The position numbers and the translations under genes were made by a program. From an uncultured Planctomycetota bacterium (GTDB lineage Bacteria; Planctomycetota; PLA2; JAEUHO01), in contig CAVVXN010000005.1 in NCBI GenBank assembly GCA_963752285.1, forward strand, positions 1,984,001 to 2,048,000: a stretch of 64,000 nt of DNA, in the 5' to 3' direction. Below the pieces are notes generated by a model that was given only the letters and a program-made list of their open reading frames with translations, was not told where the DNA came from and searched no databases. This document shows, piece after piece, positions 21,378 to 28,139 of the stretch (within the stretch, counting starts at the first letter, position 1; every line of letters starts with the position of its first letter).

Positions 21378-21803
21378 TCACTCGTGGATGATCGGGCTTG
21401 CGTCCGGGGGACGGTATCGCGCGACGTCCAGGATCTTGAAGAGCAGTCGCCGCTCGACGTGCCGGCCGGGCGCGAAGGACGACAACCACGCGCTCAGGTG
21501 CTGCAGTTCCTCGCCGTCCTCCTCGGCCCCGAGGAACTCCACCTCGATACGCACGCCGTCACGGGCCCGGGGGTCCATGATCGGGTCGAGCACGAGGAGC
21601 GACGCGCGGGCATTCCGGCGCAAGTTCTTGAACGTCCGCCCTCCCACGCCGGCTTCCTCGCCCCCGGCGATCATTCCGTCCGAGGTGAGGCGCGGCGCGA
21701 TCAGCAGGCAGCTCTCGGGGATCCCCTGAGGGTCCGTGCTCGCGAGAACGGTCACCGCCGTTCGGCGATCGAGGTACATCCGGACGTGGTCGGCAGGGTC
21801 CAT
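21378..21803 (-). CDS. Pyridoxamine 5'-phosphate oxidase-like FMN-binding split-barrel protein
   Basis: VLASTDPQGIP, RTFKNLRRNARASL and DGVRI pattern. Confidence 0.7.
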   Translation of the reverse strand: MDPADHVRMYLDRRTAVTVLASTDPQGIPESCLLIAPRLTSDGMIAGGEEAGVGGRTFKNLRRNARASLLVLDPIMDPRARDGVRIEVEFLGAEEDGEELQHLSAWLSSFAPGRHVERRLLFKILDVARYRPPDASPIIHE

Positions 21804-21879
21804 GAGAAGGCTGGAGCATACCGTCCCCCGCCCAAAGTTCGCGGCCCGGCTCCGGGGTGGCCCTCGCCCCGGCCCGAGG

Positions 21880-21885
21880 TATCCT
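21880..21885 (+). promoter_or_regulatory. Putative -10 element of the tRNA-Pro promoter
   Basis: TATCCT 17 nt upstream of the tRNA; the same TANNNT motif precedes many genes in this window. Confidence 0.4.
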
Positions 21886-21902
21886 CTCCCCTCAACCGCC
21901 GT

Positions 21903-21979
21903 CGGGGCGTAGCGCAGTTTGGTAGCGCGCCTGGTTCGGGACCAGGAGGTCGCTGGTTCGAATCCAGTCGCCCCGACCA
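21903..21979 (+). tRNA. tRNA-Pro (anticodon CGG)
   Basis: CGGGGCG/CGCCCCG acceptor stem; D arm; CCTGG-TTCGGGA-CCAGG anticodon arm; GGTTCGAATCC T arm; encoded CCA. Confidence 0.97.
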
Positions 21980-22040
21980 ACTCTCGTCTCCCGCCCGTTG
22001 GCACGACGCGGCCGCACGGAGAAGCACCCAGCGACCGGGT

Positions 22041-22190
22041 TGGGGGGTAGGCTCGGGTGTGCGACAGCACACCCATGCCGTAGGGGGGACTACATAGTCC
22101 CCCCTGTCTTGGCGGCGTCGCTGGTTCCAACGGCACGCCCGACGCGAAGCGGCGGGTGGGCCGTTGGTTCGAATCCAGTCGCCCCGACCA
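22041..22190 (+). ncRNA. Putative 150-nt tRNA-like structured RNA (short unit)
   Basis: Manually folded cloverleaf: TGGGGGG/CGCCCCG-ACCA, extended D arm, 10-bp anticodon-position stem and T arm with inserted hairpin. Expression unknown. Confidence 0.45.
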
Positions 22191-22252
22191 TTTCACGATG
22201 CCCTCCCGTGTCCCAGTAGGCGACCTCCAGCAGAGGCACCCAGCGACCGGGT

Positions 22253-22634
22253 TGGGGGGTAGGCTCGGGTGTGCGACAGCACACCCATGCCGTAGGGGGG
22301 CCGGGCCCGGCCTGCGTGCGAATCGTGCGTCGAGACGCGAGCACGTGGCGCGACAAGTGCACGCACCGAGGGACGGGAGCCTCGCGTCCGGAGCGCAGGG
22401 TGTCCGGCGTGCGCCTGGGGCCCGAGGCCAAGGCGCGAGGAGGAGGCGACCCCGAAGGGGTCGTGGACGACGAGCAACGCAGGCATCGGGTTCCAGGCGT
22501 GCGCCGGACCGCGCGAGTCGCGCGTAGGTCGGGCCGTCAAGTCCCCCCTGTCGTGGCGGCGTCGCTGGTTCCAACGGCACGCCCGACGCGAAGCGGCGGG
22601 TGGGCCGTTGGTTCGAATCCAGTCGCCCCGACCA
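22253..22634 (+). ncRNA. Putative 382-nt tRNA-like structured RNA (long unit 1)
   Basis: Same scaffold with a ~240-nt structured domain in the anticodon position; helices contain G-U pairs on the + strand. Confidence 0.45.
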
Positions 22635-22696
22635 TTTCACGATGCCCTCCCGTGTCCCAGTAGGCGACCTCCAGCAGAGGCACCCAGCGACCGGGT

Positions 22697-23078
22697 TGGG
22701 GGGTAGGCTCGGGTGTGCGATAGCACACCCATGCCGTAGGGGGGCCGGGCCCGGCCTCTTTGCGAATCGTGCGTCGAGACGCGAGCACGTGGCGCGACAA
22801 GTGCACGCACCGAGGGACGGGAGCCTCGCGTCCGGAGCGCAGGGTGTCCGGCGTGCGCCTGGGGCCCGAGGCCAAGGCGCGAGGAGGAGGCGACCCCGAA
22901 GGGGTCGTGGACGACGAGCAACGCAGGCATCGGGTTCCAGGCGTGCGCCGGACCGCGCGAGTCGCGCGTAGGTCGGGCCGTCAAGTCCCCCCTGTCGTGG
23001 CGGCGTCGCTGGTTCCAACGGCACGCCCGACGCGAAGCGGCGGGTGGGCCGCCCGTTCGAATCCAGTCGCCCCGACCA
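22697..23078 (+). ncRNA. Putative 382-nt tRNA-like structured RNA (long unit 2)
   Basis: Near-identical copy 444 bp downstream of long unit 1. Confidence 0.45.
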
Positions 23079-23390
23079 TTTCACGATGCCCTCCCGTGTC
23101 CCAGCAGGCGACCTCATGAAAGGCGCCCCAGCGACCGGGTTGGGGGGTAGGCTCGGGTGTGCGACAGCACACCCATGCCGTAGGGGGGCCGGGCCCGGCC
23201 TCTTTGCGAATCGTGCGTCGAGACGCGAGCACGTGGCGCGACAAGTGCACGCACCGAGGGACGGGAGCCTCGCGTTCGGACCGCAGGACGACGCCGGGAC
23301 GCCGGTCGTCGTACTCCGAACGGTTGCGGCGGGCGGCTGTTGTGCCGCTCCGACCTCTCGCTGACCGACTCCGCGTCCCACGCCCGGCGC

Positions 23391-23933
23391 TCACCCAAGA
23401 GCCGGCACCTCCCACGCCCCGCCCCCGCTCTCGACGACGTGCACGCCCTCGACCTCCCCGACGAGCGACGCGTCGAAGAGGATCTGGTCCCGGTCGTGGG
23501 ACGCGGAACGAAGCATCCGGTCCGCTCGCCGAACGACCTCGCCGCGCACGTTCGTCAGCGTCCCATCCCGCACCGTGAAGGTGCCCTCCCCACGCGCCAT
23601 CGCAACCGCCACCCGAATGGGCGCCACGTCCCGTGGGGCGCCCGACAGCAAGATCGCCCGCACGTCACGGAAAAGGTCCCTCGCCACGCCGACGGCGTCG
23701 CCCCGTCGCAGGCTCGCCTCCTCGGACCAGACTCCAACGATCCGAGAACCCTCGACGTCCGACCAGGACACGTCGGCGATTCGTCCGCCCGTTCCGCCGA
23801 CGGTGCCGGCACACGCGTCCACGAGATCGCGGGACAAGCGGACGAACGCCTCGGCCTCCAGGGCGTCCGCGACGGCATGGAGCCCGCGCACGCTGAGGAC
23901 GAGAAGAGTCAGATCTGCTCGCGACGTGGCCAC
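23391..23933 (-). CDS. Degenerate (probably inactive) class III nucleotide cyclase-like protein
   Basis: LTLLVLSVRGL...GGRI...IRVAVAMARG...VRGEVVRRADRM...DQILF mirrors the cyclase fold order but lacks the catalytic Asp/Asn. Confidence 0.55.
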   Translation of the reverse strand: MATSRADLTLLVLSVRGLHAVADALEAEAFVRLSRDLVDACAGTVGGTGGRIADVSWSDVEGSRIVGVWSEEASLRRGDAVGVARDLFRDVRAILLSGAPRDVAPIRVAVAMARGEGTFTVRDGTLTNVRGEVVRRADRMLRSASHDRDQILFDASLVGEVEGVHVVESGGGAWEVPALG

Positions 23934-23955
23934 GGCGTCCGGCGGCCCGCCCCGG

Positions 23956-25272
23956 TCAGTCCCCCCACATGTGATCGGGCTGGACGCCGTAGGCGCGGGC
24001 CGCCTCGTTGGGGAGCGGGAAGTGCTCCAGGTCGAGCGCCGCGGCGGGCGCGAACCCGTGGATCTCGACGTCCGTGTCGCCCTCGGAGTCGTCGCCCTCC
24101 CCGCCCGTCTCGTCGTCGCCGCGGTCGGCCTTCCCGACGCGGAGCCTGCCGCCCGCGTCGAGGCCCGGGTCGAGCGAAACGTTCTTCTCGAAGCCGTAGT
24201 CGAGACCCTCCGAGACGGCGTCGAGGTCGAGGACGCGGTAGGTCGGCGCCGCGCCGAACTTGCCGACGAGGACCCCCGCCGCGTCCTGGTCGTTGCCGAA
24301 GAGCGTGGCGTTCTGGAAGAACAGGTTCCCTTCGATCTTCAGCGTCGGCATTCGATCGACGGCCCAGTCCTGCTGCAGCGCGCCGCCCGGGTTGTGCGCG
24401 AACAGGTTCCCCACGAAGTCCAGCTCCTCTGCGGAGCCCTTGTGGTGGAGCTCGACCGCGCCCACGTTGCTGGACGTCGGGTCGGGGTTGTACGGCCAGT
24501 TGCAGAGGAACGTGTTGTGGGTGAGGCGCACCCGCCGAACGATCTTCCCGCGGAACCCGAAGCCCGAGCCGACGCGAAGCGTCAGGAGGTTGTTCCAGAA
24601 CAGGTTGTTCTGGATGTCGATCGTGGTGTCGTCGGACACGGGGGCGATCAGAGGGTCGAAAACGCCTTCGGGGGCGTTCAGGAAGGCGTTGTCGGCAATC
24701 ACGAGGTGGTCGGTGTGGAGCTGCCCGAACGTGATGAGGGGAACCGTCCGGGTCTTCGAGCGCGAAAGGCTCTTCGAGGCGGCGTCGTACGTGTTCGAGG
24801 GCGCCGCGTCGAAGACGAAGCCGCTGATCACGAGCTCGTGGATCTGAGAGCCCTTCGTGATCTGCAAGAAGGGACCGCCACGGTCCGGCGCGGTCTCGAG
24901 TCGCGTCAGGGTGGCGAAGCTCCGGCGCGTGAACGTGGGATCGAAGCCACCCACGACGTGGACGTCCGCCGCCGGGTTGTCTACGAGCGGCAGCGCCCAC
25001 ATCCCCATGCCGAGCTGTCCCCGGTACGCGTCGCCGGAGACCAGCACGTTCACGGTCCGCGCCCCGGGCTTGGAAGCGATCTCCGCGGCCACGGGCAGGG
25101 CCTTGAAGAAGGAGGTCACCACCTGGCCCCCGTCGGCCGCGGCCTTCTTCGTAGCCGCCTCGGCCGCCGGGGAGCCCTTGGGCGCCACGTAGATGGTCAC
25201 GGTCTCGGCCCGCGCGGCGGCGGCGAAGAGAATCCAGAGCCCCGACACCACGCACGTCGTCTTCCCGATCAT
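23956..25272 (-). CDS. Secreted parallel beta-helix (pectin lyase-like) protein
   Basis: Signal peptide ending ARA; TIYVAPKG start; repeated IxxNxFxxN strands. Confidence 0.7.
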   Translation of the reverse strand: MIGKTTCVVSGLWILFAAAARAETVTIYVAPKGSPAAEAATKKAAADGGQVVTSFFKALPVAAEIASKPGARTVNVLVSGDAYRGQLGMGMWALPLVDNPAADVHVVGGFDPTFTRRSFATLTRLETAPDRGGPFLQITKGSQIHELVISGFVFDAAPSNTYDAASKSLSRSKTRTVPLITFGQLHTDHLVIADNAFLNAPEGVFDPLIAPVSDDTTIDIQNNLFWNNLLTLRVGSGFGFRGKIVRRVRLTHNTFLCNWPYNPDPTSSNVGAVELHHKGSAEELDFVGNLFAHNPGGALQQDWAVDRMPTLKIEGNLFFQNATLFGNDQDAAGVLVGKFGAAPTYRVLDLDAVSEGLDYGFEKNVSLDPGLDAGGRLRVGKADRGDDETGGEGDDSEGDTDVEIHGFAPAAALDLEHFPLPNEAARAYGVQPDHMWGD

Positions 25273-25304
25273 CGTCGTCCTCCTCGCGCGATCGTCCCGG
25301 CGGG

Positions 25305-26504
25305 TCACCCGGTGACGGTGATCACGATCTCGTCGATGCGCCCGAAGCCCTTCCGTCGTTCCTTGTCGAACATCTGGAAGGCGAGCTTCCACGTCCCCCC
25401 CACGCGGGGCGTCGTGAGCTTGAACTTCAGGTCGAGCTCCTTGCCCGGCTCCGTGAAGTGGCGCGAGGCCAGCGGGATCTCCACTTCGAACTCGTGGGGG
25501 TCGTCCTCGGGGCCGGAGACGTGCTTCTCGACGGTCACCCGCAACACGAGCGTCTTGTACTCGTTCCAGGCCGAGTGCCCCTTGTTGCGGACCCTCACCT
25601 CCACGGGGAACGACCGTCCGCCGGCGATCTCGACCTCGTCGGACTTCCCGTTGACCTTGATGGACGTCACCTGGGCGTCGAGGTCGCGATCCACGGTCAC
25701 CTTGGCGGTCTCCGGGTCGCCGAAGGGATCGCCCTTGAAGGTCATCGTGCACGTGAGCTCGTACTCGCCCGACCAGGTGGGCACCGGCAGCGAGTCCGAG
25801 AAGGTGTGCGACTCGCCCGGCCCGACGTCCTTGCCGCGCAGCGGCAGCTCGAGGCGGAACGTCTTCAACACGTCTTCGGCGTCCTTCGGGCCCTTCGTCG
25901 CCTCGAGGACCATGACGAAGTCGTCGCCCTTCCCCTCCCACTGCCGCTTGCCCGTGTTCTTCGTCGTGACGTAGACGCGCGACTCGCGGCCGGGGTCGAG
26001 CTTCGAAGCCACGTCGAGCTTCGTGATCGAGGCATCGAGGTCGCCCGTGACGAACACCTTGGCGTCCCCGACGTCGCCGAACTTTTTTCCCTCGTACGTC
26101 ATCCAGCAGGAGAGGGTCCAGCGTCCGTTCCATTCGGGCGCCTCGACCTCGCCGTGGATGGTGGCCCGCTCCTCGGCCTCGAGCGCGTCCTTCCCCGCGA
26201 GCGCGTCGGCCTCGAAGCCGAATTCGTCCCGTCGTGCCGGCGCCCCCGAGGGGCTCGAGGTGTTCCGACAGACGAGGATCCACTTCTTCGCCTCGCGCCA
26301 GGCGCCGGAGCTCTTGTTCTCGACGATCACCTCGATCTTGTACTTGCGGCCGGGCTTCATGGTCCGCGCCACCTCGAAGCGCACGATCCTCGCGTCGAGA
26401 AGCTGGGGCGGCTCCGAGGCCCCCGCGGGGGCCGGCGCGAGCGACGCGCCGGCCAGCGCGAGGCCCACGAGCGCCACCAGACCGCGACCGGACGTCTTCG
26501 CCAT
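25305..26504 (-). CDS. Secreted protein with three tandem Ig-like (NBR1/FW-type) domains
   Basis: Signal peptide; three repeats of LDA...V.V.N.G...W......P...G.W/Y.L...M....FG. Confidence 0.75.
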   Translation of the reverse strand: MAKTSGRGLVALVGLALAGASLAPAPAGASEPPQLLDARIVRFEVARTMKPGRKYKIEVIVENKSSGAWREAKKWILVCRNTSSPSGAPARRDEFGFEADALAGKDALEAEERATIHGEVEAPEWNGRWTLSCWMTYEGKKFGDVGDAKVFVTGDLDASITKLDVASKLDPGRESRVYVTTKNTGKRQWEGKGDDFVMVLEATKGPKDAEDVLKTFRLELPLRGKDVGPGESHTFSDSLPVPTWSGEYELTCTMTFKGDPFGDPETAKVTVDRDLDAQVTSIKVNGKSDEVEIAGGRSFPVEVRVRNKGHSAWNEYKTLVLRVTVEKHVSGPEDDPHEFEVEIPLASRHFTEPGKELDLKFKLTTPRVGGTWKLAFQMFDKERRKGFGRIDEIVITVTG

Positions 26505-26624
26505 CGCTGCTCCCTCCACGACGCGCCGGGATCGTACGGACCACCGGAGGGGCGGGCCCGATCGGAACCCGCGCGGGCCACCCCGCCCTCGCGGGCCGGC
26601 CGCCGCCACGGTAGAAGGTCCGCG

Positions 26625-27239
26625 ATGCGACCTCGGCGCCCCCTCGCGTTCCGGTTGCGCTGGGCGTTCGGCGCGGTCCTCGTGGGCCCCGCCGTGCTGC
26701 TCGCGCTCCTCTCGACGCCGTGGCCGTCGCGGCCGGCGTGGATCGCGGTCTCGCTCCACGCCGCGGGCTGGGTGGTCTTCGTGCTCGGCGCCGCCGTCCG
26801 TTTCTGGGCGACGCTCTACGTCGGAGGGAGGAAGCAGCGGAGCGTCGTCGCCGACGGGCCGTACTCGCTCTGCCGCCACCCGCTCTACGTGGGATCCTTC
26901 CTCGTGGCCCTCGCCCTCGGCCTCTTCCTCGAGAGCCTCGTCGTGGTCGGAGCCGTGGCCCTCGCGGCGGCGGCCTACGCGAGGGTCACGATCCCCGCCG
27001 AGGAGCGCGTGCTCTTGGCGGCGCTGGGCGAGCCGTACGCGCGCTACCAGTCGTCGGTGCCACCGCTCCTCCCACGCTTCGCGGGCTACCACTCGCCCGC
27101 GACGATCGAGGTGGACGTCGCCGCGCTCCGGAGGGAGGCGAGGCGCGCGGCGCGCTGGCTGCTCCTCCCCGCGGCGGTGGAGGTCCTCCTCTGGCTCCGC
27201 GCGATGCCGTGCTGGCCGCGGCCCTTCCACCTGCCCTGA
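26625..27239 (+). CDS. Isoprenylcysteine carboxyl methyltransferase/PEMT family membrane protein
   Basis: GPYSLCRHPLYVG and EE..L...GEPYARY..VP motifs. Confidence 0.88.
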   Translation: MRPRRPLAFRLRWAFGAVLVGPAVLLALLSTPWPSRPAWIAVSLHAAGWVVFVLGAAVRFWATLYVGGRKQRSVVADGPYSLCRHPLYVGSFLVALALGLFLESLVVVGAVALAAAAYARVTIPAEERVLLAALGEPYARYQSSVPPLLPRFAGYHSPATIEVDVAALRREARRAARWLLLPAAVEVLLWLRAMPCWPRPFHLP

Positions 27240-27243
27240 ACCC

Positions 27244-28044
27244 TCACACGACGAACGAGAGACCACGGAGCGCGTCGAAGTAGGTCTTTGCGCGAAGCTC
27301 GATCGTGTGGTCGTCCACGAGGTGGGCGCCCGGGTACCAGGACGCCCAGTACGCGCGCTCCGCGCGCACGAAGCGCACGCGGAGATCGAGGGGCTCGGGG
27401 GGCGTCAGCAGGCATTGCGAGACGTCGCCGAGGAGCGCCGTACGCGCCCCCTCGCGGATCCGCTCCGCGGCCTCGGCGGGGTGGATCGAGACCGTCGAGT
27501 CGCCGACGCCCCGCATCACCGGCACGGTGACGATCGCCTCGTTCTCGGCTCTCACGTCGGCGCAGACCGCCTCGTCTCCCGAGACCATCACGACGGGCAC
27601 GCCCACCGACGCCGCCGCCCACGCGAAGAGGTGGAACTCGGCGACCGACCGGCCGTTCACCTCGATCCGCGCGACCTTCGAGCTCGAGAGCGTGTGCGCG
27701 AGCGGATTCCCGCCCGACCCGGCGCGCGCGTGGTAGCCGACGAAGCAGGCCGCGTCGAACGAGTCCTCGATCTCCTGGACCATCGAGAAGGGGTGATGGC
27801 TCCACCCGCGGATCAGGCGCGCCTCGCGCGGCAGCCGGTCGGCGATCACGTTCCGTCCCGTCGCGTGGGCGTCCTTCACCCAGATCTCGTTCGCGCCCGC
27901 GTCCACGGCGCCCGCGCAGCACGCGGCGACGTGCTCCGTCATGCGGTCGCGCATGGCCGGATAGGCGGGGTGCGAAGCCGTCGCCTCGTCCCAGCTCGAG
28001 ACGCCCGCGATCCCCTCGATGTCCGCGCTGACGTAGACCTTCAT
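27244..28044 (-). CDS. dppA: D-aminopeptidase, peptidase M55 family
   Basis: MKVYVSADIEG, DAH, GYHA, LAHT and VSGD motifs. Confidence 0.92.
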   Translation of the reverse strand: MKVYVSADIEGIAGVSSWDEATASHPAYPAMRDRMTEHVAACCAGAVDAGANEIWVKDAHATGRNVIADRLPREARLIRGWSHHPFSMVQEIEDSFDAACFVGYHARAGSGGNPLAHTLSSSKVARIEVNGRSVAEFHLFAWAAASVGVPVVMVSGDEAVCADVRAENEAIVTVPVMRGVGDSTVSIHPAEAAERIREGARTALLGDVSQCLLTPPEPLDLRVRFVRAERAYWASWYPGAHLVDDHTIELRAKTYFDALRGLSFVV

Positions 28045-28139
28045 TCGCCCACCCGGGTCCTCTCCGCGAGGAACGCGACGAGGGTACACCTCGCGCCTCC
28101 CGGCCGCGCGGGGCCGCCCGGCCCCCGCACCGCCGGATC

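Larger units (their letters stand above)
22024..23287 (+). repeat. tRNA-linked tandem array: one short unit, two near-identical 444-bp units and one partial unit; the three complete units end in the tRNA-Pro 3' end
   Basis: GTTCGAATCCAGTCGCCCCGACCA ends at 21979 (tRNA), 22190, 22634 and 23078. CCCAGCGACCGGGTTGGGGGGTAGGCTCGGGTGTGCG occurs four times. Confidence 0.95.

Noticed and set aside
22088..22100. GACTA/TAGTC resembling group I intron P7
   Set aside because: The two strands are only 2 nt apart, and no other core elements are visible.
22253..22634. tmRNA (similar size, GGGG start, CCA end)
   Set aside because: No G3-U70 alanine identity pair, the 3' end is that of tRNA-Pro, no convincing tag ORF is present, and it is multicopy.
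21954..23078. CRISPR array (recurring 24-26-bp repeat)
   Set aside because: The repeat is the tRNA 3' end, the intervening sequences are long and near-identical, and no cas genes are present.
21980..23400. Integrated prophage or genomic island at tRNA-Pro
   Set aside because: No integrase or cargo genes lie between the att-like copies, and no further tRNA 3' copy was noticed elsewhere in the window.
21804..23415. ORFs across the repeat array, including the 667-aa minus-strand ORF
   Set aside because: They are translations of the tRNA and repeats. Only 21378-21803 looks like a real protein.
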